Source: an uncultured archaeon
GTDB lineage: Archaea > Asgardarchaeota > Thorarchaeia > Thorarchaeales > Thorarchaeaceae
Length of the DNA: 64,000 nucleotides
Direction: 5' to 3'
Assembly: GCA_964558645.1 (NCBI GenBank)
Contig: CAZLEV010000001.1
Span: 317,568-381,567, forward strand
Shown: positions 1-8,334 of the stretch, piece after piece
How the letters are laid out: every line of letters starts with the position of its first letter
Position numbering within the stretch: position 1 is the first letter of the stretch
Notes under the pieces: generated by a model
Database searches by the model: none
Seen by the model: only the letters and a program-made list of their open reading frames with translations
What the model was told of the DNA's origin: nothing
Made by a program: the position numbers and the translations under genes

Positions 1-669
1 AAGGTGGAAGAAGAATACGAGCTGATGGGCTGCCGTGGCATGGGCGCTGCTCGAATTATCCTCGAGGAGCTAGAAGTGCCTGCGGAGAATCTCGTCGGCG
101 ATTTGCACGGAGGTAATGACCTCTTCAATGCAATGATGGTTCCTGAACGTCTGACGTCGGCTGCAGGTCCTATCGGAATGGGTCGAGCTGCTTTAGAGAT
201 TGCAGTCCGCTATGCTGATAAGAGGGAGGCCTTCGGACGGACAATCAGAAAGTTCGAGGGGATCAGTTTCAAGGTGGCTGACTGTGCCACTCTGCTTGAT
301 GCCGCACGGGGGCTTGTCTATAGAGCGGCAAAGGTGGCGGACTCTGGTAGATGGTGCCGTAAGGAGGTTTCTCAAGCGAAGGCATTCTGTACAGAGGCGG
401 GTCTTGAGGTTGTCAGTGAAGCAATGCAGATTCTTGGGGGCATTGGATACACCGATGTCTATCCGATTGAACGGCTCTTTCGAGATGCTCGTCTGGCGAC
501 TATCTGGACTGGCAGCAACGAAGTCCAGCGTCTGATCATTCAGAATGAGGTATTCAAAGAGATACTCTCAGAGGATAGATCGGCAAAGAGGAACGTTGAG
601 CTTGACACTCCTGGCGCCGGAAAGACGGAGGAGAAAGTCTTCGCTGAAGAACCTGACAAATACAGGTAG
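1..669 (+). CDS. Acyl-CoA dehydrogenase, C-terminal part (5' truncated by window edge)
   Basis: Motifs R-x-AFGRTI, FKVAD, AMQILGGIGY, ERLFRDARLATIWTGSNEVQR are typical of the ACAD C-terminal domain; the frame is open from base 1. Confidence 0.93.
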   Translation, partial: KVEEEYELMGCRGMGAARIILEELEVPAENLVGDLHGGNDLFNAMMVPERLTSAAGPIGMGRAALEIAVRYADKREAFGRTIRKFEGISFKVADCATLLDAARGLVYRAAKVADSGRWCRKEVSQAKAFCTEAGLEVVSEAMQILGGIGYTDVYPIERLFRDARLATIWTGSNEVQRLIIQNEVFKEILSEDRSAKRNVELDTPGAGKTEEKVFAEEPDKYR

Positions 670-784
670 CTCGTTTCCTGGTAACAGACGATCCCGTGAC
701 TCCATCGAGGCAGATGTCCTGAAGCTGTATCAAACAACTCATATGTCGCCAACCCAGTGAATGCATTTGCCGTAAGAGGTACTC

Positions 785-2194
785 ATGATGAACCCCAAGA
801 AGATGGCCATTCTGGTTCTAGTAATCGTGTTGATAGCTACTTCCTCAGTCTTTCTATTCCTTCACTTTGCCTCAACTCCTCCACAGGAAGAGAGCAATAG
901 ACCACCGATAATTGAGGTCATAAGTCCCGAGCCTCGGACGACACTCTCTGGAGTAGTTACAATCAACGTTTCTGTCATCGACGAAGAGGACTTGAACACG
1001 ACAATCTTCATTGATGGGATAAACAAGACCAAGTCGAATCTCTATGCTTGGAACACCACTGAATACCCGGATGGGAAGCATACGCTTCGAATTGAGGCCC
1101 ACGACAGCTCTGGGTGGTTTGACAGGAAGAGCTTCGAGGTTTCTGTCGACAATGCCCAAGATGTCCTATTTCCCTACAACGGTCTGTTTAAGGTGATGGT
1201 CTACAACATCAAAGAATCTGGTCGTAATCCTGATTGGCTAACTGTGGTGAAAAAGGAGAGTCCGGATATCCTAGTCTTAGTGGAGACAGGACTCTGGGAT
1301 GACTATGCGAATGAAGACTTGAATGCGGCAGTAAGCGAGCTTAACTCGTATTTTGAAGACGACTTTCCCTATGTCGCGTACTGTGCTCAGAACGTGGAAT
1401 ACTCCACGACTGGAGAGGCCATCCTCAGCCGTTTCCCCATCCTGCACTTCAATCAGATTGAGAAGGTCCCAATGGACGACGCGTCCGACTACTACGTTAC
1501 CCACGACTTCATAGAGGCAGTATTGGACATCAACGGGACAGAGGTGCATGTCTTTGGAGGCCACCTGAAGGCTAGCGACGGTGAGACGAATATCAGGCGC
1601 AGGGAGGCAGAGATGGAGGGCATCATCAATTACATGGATGCTTTGGGTGAAGTACCCATTATCTACCTGAGTGATCAGAACTCATTCTCTCCCGCTGATA
1701 CAGGAGAGTTAGCACCAGAGGGAATGGAACTCGGCTACGGTCCTATGACCATGATGCTCTTTCCCGATGATCCTATCTATGGGAACCGTTCTTCAGAAGT
1801 GCACAACTTCACGGACGTTCACAGGATTTTGAATCCGTTGGAACCTGGACATACTTACGGCCACCAAGACTCTTCGGTCTCCTTTAGGATTGACTACATA
1901 GTTGTGAACTCCTTCTTCGCGGATGGTCTTGTTAACTCCTCTGTGGTCGATGAGGCCCCAGCTGATACGGCTTCAGATCACTATGCCGTGACTGCATTCG
2001 TTCGGTGGAATTCTACAGATGCGCCCACATCTCTCCTCGCCACGACTTCATCGGGGCAAGACACCGATCAGCGAGGTGGACGTCGTAACAACGGGGCCGT
2101 TAAGGTGATCATTCCTGTTCTCTCTGTTTCGTCAATTCAGTCCCAGGATGGAGGTACACTTCTATTGAGAAAGCATGATAAACTCCAAATTTAA
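785..2194 (+). CDS. Membrane-anchored/secreted Ig-like (Big) domain + endonuclease/exonuclease/phosphatase (EEP) family protein
   Basis: N-terminal hydrophobic anchor; WNTTEYPDGKHTLRIEAHD Ig-like motif; EEP motifs YNI, PDILVLVE, HLK, SDQN, RIDYI, SDH. Confidence 0.85.
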   Translation: MMNPKKMAILVLVIVLIATSSVFLFLHFASTPPQEESNRPPIIEVISPEPRTTLSGVVTINVSVIDEEDLNTTIFIDGINKTKSNLYAWNTTEYPDGKHTLRIEAHDSSGWFDRKSFEVSVDNAQDVLFPYNGLFKVMVYNIKESGRNPDWLTVVKKESPDILVLVETGLWDDYANEDLNAAVSELNSYFEDDFPYVAYCAQNVEYSTTGEAILSRFPILHFNQIEKVPMDDASDYYVTHDFIEAVLDINGTEVHVFGGHLKASDGETNIRRREAEMEGIINYMDALGEVPIIYLSDQNSFSPADTGELAPEGMELGYGPMTMMLFPDDPIYGNRSSEVHNFTDVHRILNPLEPGHTYGHQDSSVSFRIDYIVVNSFFADGLVNSSVVDEAPADTASDHYAVTAFVRWNSTDAPTSLLATTSSGQDTDQRGGRRNNGAVKVIIPVLSVSSIQSQDGGTLLLRKHDKLQI

Positions 2195-2309
2195 GGTCAG
2201 GATCTGGCTGCCTTTCAATGGGCATTCTGTTCATAGGGACTGAAGCATGTACACGAGCTTGATTACGCGGTTCCTATGATTCATATACAAATGATGCTTG
2301 CTAATAGTG

Positions 2310-2327
2310 GAATGCTTGCAAGCATTC
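2310..2327. promoter_or_regulatory. Perfect 18-bp palindrome GAATGCTTGCAAGCATTC (operator-like)
   Basis: Seen directly; the half-site ATGCTTGC also occurs at 2294-2301. Confidence 0.45.
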
Positions 2328-2338
2328 TTACATAGAAA

Positions 2339-2543
2339 TGGCGATAACTACCCGGCCAGAGGAAACATCTGACAGACACCCGACAGCTCCTTCAAGACCG
2401 GGGAAAGTGGGGTAGCCCTCTTTCGTTCGTCTCCTCAAATCGCCAGGTAAGCTCCGTGGGCATCATAAAATCCTGCTTCGCAGCATGGTTGTGTTCTCCG
2501 GGCTCCTCACAGCGAAGAACGAATCCTTCGGTCCACGGAGCCC
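2339..2543. ncRNA. Candidate structured RNA of unknown family
   Basis: Nested complementary segments (2339-45/2439-45, 2348-53/2410-15, 2451-59/2533-41, 2422-28/2517-23) in a gap between convergent genes with no ORF of 60 aa or more. Confidence 0.35.
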
Positions 2544-2566
2544 CTAGCTGTTAATCATCTCCTGAG

Positions 2567-3790
2567 CTAGGTCTGCTGAAGAGCCTCAAGAGATTCCGAT
2601 GTTCCGGTCTCTATTATATCAGCTATCAGTTCGGCGACATCCGGCGGTACATCAAGAAGGGTCCGAATCTCTTCAGGGGATCTGAGCTCGCTAAGATTTC
2701 TTCTTTGAGTCATTATCTTTGCTGCTGCTTCCATCAGGGGTCTTACTCTGTACCAAGAATCACCATCTCGAAATCTCCTGTAGAACGATATGTCATGCAG
2801 GACCTCCACAATTCGAGTATTGATAGGAGGACACCCTGGCGGGGTCTGTCTTGGCATTCGATCTGGAATGCCAACCTCTTTGCAGATCTTGTTTCCCCGT
2901 TTGTAGACGTTGCAGGGCAGAAGCTTGTATGCAGGTTCTCCGTACTTGTCTTCATTTTGGTATAGTCTCTGCATCATGGGGTAGTGGTCGGGGAACCTCT
3001 GGTGGATGATTCTCATGAAGTAGTCCTTCTGACGCCCTGGTTTCAGTGTCATTCCTGCCCATTGTATGAAATCTCCCCCTGCTTTCTTGGTGCTTCGAGC
3101 CAGTGCCGTCATATTCTCCATTGTGTCACCTATGCTGGGTATGAGGGGCATGGCCATGACGCCGCCCTTCAGGCCTATGTCTTTGACTTGCTTGAGTGCT
3201 TCAAAGCGTTCCGCACTAGTCGGTGACTTTGGTTCAAGGACCTTCTTGACATTCTCATCGGATAGCGTTATCGTGAAGGCAACGGTGGCAAACGCTCTGT
3301 CATTGATCTCCTGAAGAATATCAAGGTCACGAAGCACGAGAGTTGATTTTGTAAGGATGAACACAGGCATTCCGAAATCAAGCAGAACCTCGAGCACCTT
3401 CCGTGTTACCATGTGTTGCTTCTCTGCCTGCTGATAGGCATCTGAGACCCCTCCCGATACACCGATGCAGTACTTGATAGGATGCTTCCTTTTCAGTTTC
3501 TGGGCATCATCGTCGTCTAGGAAGGGGATCAGAGTCTCCGTTTCCATCAGGCTCTGAGAGATGAAGCCGTCTTTCTCAAGCTCCTGTCTTACTACCTCAT
3601 GTGCATTCGCCTTGACTCTGACATGGGTAAGAAAGTCGTCAACATGGTATCCCTCGGACATCCCGTCACAGTAGACACAGCCGAATTCACAACCACGGTA
3701 TGCGTTCATCGACCTTGTAACATGGAACCAGCTGTCATATGCGCTGGGCTTGGAGAGGATAGATTTGGCTCGGATGCATTCGTATCTCAA
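2567..3790 (-). CDS. Radical SAM protein (spore photoproduct lyase-like / Rv2578c-like) with C-terminal helix-hairpin-helix domain
   Basis: NAYRGCEFGCVYC (CxxxCxxC), SDAYQ, ILTKS..VLRDLD; the C-terminus resembles the PolX N-terminal HHH_8 domain. Confidence 0.85.
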   Translation of the reverse strand: MRYECIRAKSILSKPSAYDSWFHVTRSMNAYRGCEFGCVYCDGMSEGYHVDDFLTHVRVKANAHEVVRQELEKDGFISQSLMETETLIPFLDDDDAQKLKRKHPIKYCIGVSGGVSDAYQQAEKQHMVTRKVLEVLLDFGMPVFILTKSTLVLRDLDILQEINDRAFATVAFTITLSDENVKKVLEPKSPTSAERFEALKQVKDIGLKGGVMAMPLIPSIGDTMENMTALARSTKKAGGDFIQWAGMTLKPGRQKDYFMRIIHQRFPDHYPMMQRLYQNEDKYGEPAYKLLPCNVYKRGNKICKEVGIPDRMPRQTPPGCPPINTRIVEVLHDISFYRRFRDGDSWYRVRPLMEAAAKIMTQRRNLSELRSPEEIRTLLDVPPDVAELIADIIETGTSESLEALQQT

Positions 3791-3897
3791 TTTCCGTCCA
3801 CTGCCTCAGAATCGGGTCACATCATGTTTTCGTCAGCATCTGATATGGCTTGTGTCGCGTGGGTTCAATCTCTAGGTCGGCCAATCCATGAGCAGTA

Positions 3898-4563
3898 CTA
3901 CGTGGTAATCGTATCTGTTCTTGCTGTTAGGAAGTATATCGACAACAGGGCGAAGGCCGGAACGAGCAGATAGTAGATAGCTGAAGCCAGTAGCATCGCT
4001 CCTGCAGTGGCCAGCGTGAGTATTTCAATTCCGTGGTCGTCCCTCGTGAGTACCATCAATGCACCATCTAGGGCCAGCATGATATAGAGCCCTCCCTCGA
4101 ACACATAAAGGGAAATACTATAGGCTGCAGGGACTTCCTCGAAGGTTATTGCTAAGCCAAGAGTGACGTAGTTCTGTACAAATGCTAGACCTCCGAGGCA
4201 TCCTCCTATAGCGAGTGCTGACAAGGCCAATCCCCACTTTCTATCCCAGTTGAAGTAAAGTCCGAGATTGCCAATGGCAATGAAGGCGAGACCTACCGAT
4301 ATGAGACCAAAGCCGCTAAGAATCCACTGAGGTAGGGGGAACAGGCGGGCGAGGATATATCCAAAGCTTCCAATCCCCGCTATCAGTGCGCCTATACCGC
4401 CGACAATGAAGAATGCTGGGTTTGCATAACTCTCTTGTTCTGACTTGGCTGCGTCAGCGCATTCACGGCAGGCTATAGCACCACGATATCGGACCATCTC
4501 GTCCCTCGTTAGAGGTCTTCCACAGAATATGCATTTCACAGAAGGGCTGTCTTCCTGGTTCAT
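3898..4563 (-). CDS. Membrane protein with N-terminal C4 zinc finger
   Basis: CIFCG...CREC followed by about 5-6 hydrophobic helices; start moved to the ATG at 4563. Confidence 0.7.
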   Translation of the reverse strand: MNQEDSPSVKCIFCGRPLTRDEMVRYRGAIACRECADAAKSEQESYANPAFFIVGGIGALIAGIGSFGYILARLFPLPQWILSGFGLISVGLAFIAIGNLGLYFNWDRKWGLALSALAIGGCLGGLAFVQNYVTLGLAITFEEVPAAYSISLYVFEGGLYIMLALDGALMVLTRDDHGIEILTLATAGAMLLASAIYYLLVPAFALLSIYFLTARTDTITT

Positions 4564-4695
4564 TCTATCACTCACCGAGTGACCTCCAAGGCGTTTCAGT
4601 ATCCGCACTTGATTTGCCTTAGCTTTCTGAGAAGAAAAGATGTTCGTTCCAAGCCGATAGATGTGTGCGGCAGTGCTCCAAGACAATCGTGGGGA

Positions 4696-5646
4696 TTAGG
4701 CCGCCGCCGGCTCGCATTCCTCTGCAATCAGGCCTTTGTGTTCCCGATTCATCAAGACGAATCGTATGATTCCGACAGGTATCACGATGGCGAGCCAGAT
4801 GATGACGTCACCAATAGTTGCAAGGAGGAAGTTCGTATCAAGAGGATCCAGCCAAATCTGCCCGAGCTTCATCATCTTGACCAGTGGAAACACGAGTACT
4901 AGGCCAAAAATGCGTTTCAGTTCGACTGCGTTCACTCTGCATGCCAGACGCGCTCCAATCTGTGCTCCAACAATCATACCAATCCCCAAGGAGATGGCGA
5001 GAAACGGGTCGATGTGTCCTCCTACATAGTTTCTAGCTGTGCCTGCAGATGCAGTGAATATCATTGTGAACATTGAGGTTGCTACAGCGGCATGGATTGG
5101 CAGTCCCATGAGAATTGTGAGTACGGGTACTACCACTGCACCTCCACCGATGCCTAGAAGACCAGCGGCCGCTCCGCCAACGAAACCGCCTAGGAGCGAA
5201 AGCAGGAGTCTATTTCTGCTAACATCGCTGAAATCGAAAAGCGCAACATCATCAGCCTTTCCCCTCTTCCTTGCAAAGAGCATTTTGATAGCCACTGGGA
5301 AGAGTGAGATGCCGAAAATCAAACGCAGAATATAGTCCTCAGTAATCAGCTCACGGAGAGCCACGCCAAAGAGCGATCCAGGAATCGTAGTGAGAGCCAA
5401 GAAGAGACCTGCTTTCAGAACGATTGGTCTTGGTTTTTGTCTGCTATAGGCTGCTGTACTGGCAATCGCGACGAAGAGTGCCGCTACGAGGGCTGTGGCC
5501 GGTGCTTTTTGTCCTGTCAATGCGAAGACGATGATAAGTAGCGGTGTGTTGATGATTCCGCCGCCAATTCCAACCATGGCGCTTATCGTTCCGACAGCCA
5601 CGGCGAATATCGCTATTGGAATTATTTCTATCAGTATCTCCTGCAT
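4696..5646 (-). CDS. TauE/SafE (TSUP) family sulfite exporter-like permease
   Basis: Duplicated GIGGG motifs, AVATS, GAQIGA; multiple TM helices. Confidence 0.9.
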   Translation of the reverse strand: MQEILIEIIPIAIFAVAVGTISAMVGIGGGIINTPLLIIVFALTGQKAPATALVAALFVAIASTAAYSRQKPRPIVLKAGLFLALTTIPGSLFGVALRELITEDYILRLIFGISLFPVAIKMLFARKRGKADDVALFDFSDVSRNRLLLSLLGGFVGGAAAGLLGIGGGAVVVPVLTILMGLPIHAAVATSMFTMIFTASAGTARNYVGGHIDPFLAISLGIGMIVGAQIGARLACRVNAVELKRIFGLVLVFPLVKMMKLGQIWLDPLDTNFLLATIGDVIIWLAIVIPVGIIRFVLMNREHKGLIAEECEPAAA

Positions 5647-5708
5647 CGTTCTTTCGCCTTTGCCTGCTGCCAAGGTTACGATACTTAAGGAATACTGTTA
5701 GGTAGTAC

Positions 5709-6140
5709 CTATGGTGTTTTTCTACGACCGAGGTAATAGCATCCACTCAACATGATGGCTGTTCCGAAGAGCATGATGACAGTACCGAGGTTCTCTTGTT
5801 CAAGATTGGCACCTGCAGAGAACATGATAGCAGCGCCCGTAGCCAGGATGGCAAAACCTAGTATTGCTACATATTGGCCAGGTCTTGGATTAAACTGCAG
5901 AAAATCCGGTGGCTTATCCTCTCTTGGGACGGATGGTGCAGCTGACGGTTTTGCATCAGACTTGAAGAACCGCTGATGGTCAGGGGTAAGGGTGCCCCGT
6001 AGTTCATCGCGATCTTGGAGCATTTTGATTAGGGAAACGACCTCATCTTCCTGTAGCCTCAGTCGTTCGCTAAGAACCTGGATAGAGCTCACATCTCTCT
6101 CCTGAATCAGGTAGACCAGCTGTTCCTCTTTATCGTTCAT
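5709..6140 (-). CDS. Winged-helix (PCI/DDRGK-like) domain protein with C-terminal 2-TM hairpin
   Basis: SIQVLSERLRL..DEV..LIKML....ELRGTLTPDHQRFF pattern, then two hydrophobic helices and a basic tail. Confidence 0.55.
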   Translation of the reverse strand: MNDKEEQLVYLIQERDVSSIQVLSERLRLQEDEVVSLIKMLQDRDELRGTLTPDHQRFFKSDAKPSAAPSVPREDKPPDFLQFNPRPGQYVAILGFAILATGAAIMFSAGANLEQENLGTVIMLFGTAIMLSGCYYLGRRKTP

Positions 6141-6406
6141 CTTTGGTCATTACTCGGTCTGCCGGACCTCGACATAAAGGTAATGCAACCTGCATACTAG
6201 ATGCTTGTAACAGTCCTTTTGGCCCATTCGACAATTTGAATCATAGTCTTCTCTCATCAAGTTCCGTAGACGACTGTAGCACTTGCCAAGTCTTGCCACC
6301 TGCCGGTTGCTTATTGCATAATTGGATGGCATTTCTGGCAGAGGAGAATGCGACTTGACCGATTCCCTTAAACCGTCAATTTGAGCTGCTTGTCTTGTGT
6401 ATGCCT

Positions 6407-7069
6407 ATGGCAGAGAAGAACTCACCCGCTGTTCCAGCTCCCAGAGAATGGATGGCAGGGTGGAACAAGATCTACAAGCAGCTACTCGAGGCCTCGGATG
6501 ATGAGCTGCGTGACCTTAACATCTCACATGTCCCAAGAGAACTGGAACGTGCATTCAAGGTGGCAGAGGTCGACGTATCAGACTTGAGTATTCTTGAGTT
6601 GGCATCAGGTGACGGTTCTGTCGCCTGCTACCTTGCTAAGCTTGGTGCCACGGTCGAAGCTGTTGATGCTCTTGAGGGGGCAGTCGAGGTGACAAAGCGG
6701 CGAGCGAGGGCATTGGGACTGGAAGATCGGGTTTCTGCGCGGGTTGAGAACATTGACGGATGGAGAATACCGAAACTAGAATATGATGTCATCATCGCGC
6801 TACAATGTCTGCAATACCTCTTCGATAGGGCGATACCGAGGACAAGAGAGATTCTGGATGCAATCAAACCCGGCGGGTTCTTTGCTTACTCTGGAAACAT
6901 ACCGCCACATTTTGAGACAGAGCCTCCGATCAGATTCATAACCCGCGAAGAGCTAGAGCATCTTCTTCGGGGGTGGACTCTTCATTCATTTGGTGAGGAC
7001 GAAATCCTTCTCAAGAAGGATGACGTGCGAGGCTTTATCTGGACGGTAGCCAGAAAGCCAGAGTCATGA
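6407..7069 (+). CDS. Class I SAM-dependent methyltransferase (TehB-like)
   Basis: ILELASGDG motif I, VEAVD, YDVII, IKPGG. Confidence 0.88.
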   Translation: MAEKNSPAVPAPREWMAGWNKIYKQLLEASDDELRDLNISHVPRELERAFKVAEVDVSDLSILELASGDGSVACYLAKLGATVEAVDALEGAVEVTKRRARALGLEDRVSARVENIDGWRIPKLEYDVIIALQCLQYLFDRAIPRTREILDAIKPGGFFAYSGNIPPHFETEPPIRFITREELEHLLRGWTLHSFGEDEILLKKDDVRGFIWTVARKPES

Positions 7070-7083
7070 GTTCGGACCGCTCT

Positions 7084-7749
7084 TTACTCTTTCACCGCAA
7101 TAGTGCAGCCCTCGCCGATTGGGAGGATTGTACTCACAACCCCGCGCTCAAGAAGGGCTTCATTGAAACGGTGTATGGCCCTATCGGAATCACTCCAGTC
7201 ATTCTCTGGAACGATGACAGGGAACAGGGTGTCGTCGACCAAGAAGAGGCCTCCCGGTTTGAGTACTCTCAGGCACTCATCCAGCATTACCGGATACATA
7301 CGCTTGGACGAGTCTTGAAAAACGATGTCAAAACTCTCGTCCTCAAAATCCCTTATGGTCTCTGTTGCGTCTCCGATTACGATATCAACTGCGTTTTTCA
7401 CGCCTTCTCTCTTGAAGTTCTTGATGGCATTCTTCGCAACTTCTGCATCGATCTCAAGGGAGATGACACGCCCTCCCCATTTCTTTGCAGCCTTTGCGAG
7501 CACAGTAGCTGAGAATCCTATACTGGTCCCAATCTCGAGTATCTTCTTAGGTCTGGTCAAGGTGACGAGCAATCGGAAAAGGCGTGCGATGTCATCTTCA
7601 ATCAGCGGGTCAAAGTCCTTGTATCCTGACATCCGGATGAAGTCGTCAAGGCTCGGACTGTTCTTCTCTCGGTAGATATCCTCGATGTACTGAACCGCCT
7701 TCGTGAGGTCTGGTCTCTTCGTATCCTGGAGTGAGTTTTGGTCGTTCAT
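7084..7749 (-). CDS. O-methyltransferase (Methyltransf_3 / CCoAOMT-like)
   Basis: PKKILEIGTSIGFSA, FDIVFQD, LKPGGLFLVDD, ILPIGEG. Confidence 0.9.
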   Translation of the reverse strand: MNDQNSLQDTKRPDLTKAVQYIEDIYREKNSPSLDDFIRMSGYKDFDPLIEDDIARLFRLLVTLTRPKKILEIGTSIGFSATVLAKAAKKWGGRVISLEIDAEVAKNAIKNFKREGVKNAVDIVIGDATETIRDFEDESFDIVFQDSSKRMYPVMLDECLRVLKPGGLFLVDDTLFPVIVPENDWSDSDRAIHRFNEALLERGVVSTILPIGEGCTIAVKE

Positions 7750-7767
7750 ATCTGCAACTCCCATCAC

Positions 7768-8331
7768 TTACTTAAATGCCGCAACAACTTCTTCTGTAGT
7801 AGCAATAGTCGTTCCATGCACTGTCTTCATGTGTTGGATTGCGAACTCGTGATTCTCTCTCTTAGAGCTGTCTGTCGCATCCTCCACAGTCACCACATTG
7901 TAATCCTTGGCTGATGCATCGGCGCTCGTGTACATGACACAGATGTCTGTCAGCACTCCTATCAGAACGATGGTCTGAATGTCATCCTCTCGAAGGGTTA
8001 TGTCAAGATCTGTACCGAAGAACCCCGAGTATCTTCTCTTGGGAATCACCCGGTCGCCATCCTGAGGCTCGAGTTCATCGATGACCTGGGCGCCTTCTGT
8101 TCCAACCACTGCATGTGGCGGCCATTTCTCGAACTCGTCATCATCTGGGAGATGATTGTCTGTCAGATAGATGACCTTCACCCCCTTCTTACGGGCTGAT
8201 TCCAGTATCTCTTGCTGGTTTGGAATGAGATTCGCTGCGCCTGGAACTACCAATGCTCCGTCTTCTCTCACGAAGTCATTGAGCATATCCACAACAATCA
8301 CTGCCGTCTCATCTGCTTTCAGCTTCATCAT
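7768..8331 (-). CDS. pncA: Nicotinamidase / isochorismatase-family cysteine hydrolase
   Basis: VVDMLNDF, WPPHAV, KRRYSGF, TDICV; adjacent to pncB. Confidence 0.85.
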   Translation of the reverse strand: MMKLKADETAVIVVDMLNDFVREDGALVVPGAANLIPNQQEILESARKKGVKVIYLTDNHLPDDDEFEKWPPHAVVGTEGAQVIDELEPQDGDRVIPKRRYSGFFGTDLDITLREDDIQTIVLIGVLTDICVMYTSADASAKDYNVVTVEDATDSSKRENHEFAIQHMKTVHGTTIATTEEVVAAFK

Positions 8332-8334
8332 CTA

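Noticed and set aside
2338-2546. Short ORF (MAITTRPEETSDRHPTAPSRPGKVG-TAG) with possible amber read-through; also tRNA, 5S, SRP, RNase P, tmRNA and HDV-ribozyme readings of this block
   Set aside because: The read-through product is not protein-like. The block has no T-loop or cloverleaf, no SRP helix-8 motif, no complete RNase P P4 pair, and the HDV P3/L3 geometry does not fit.
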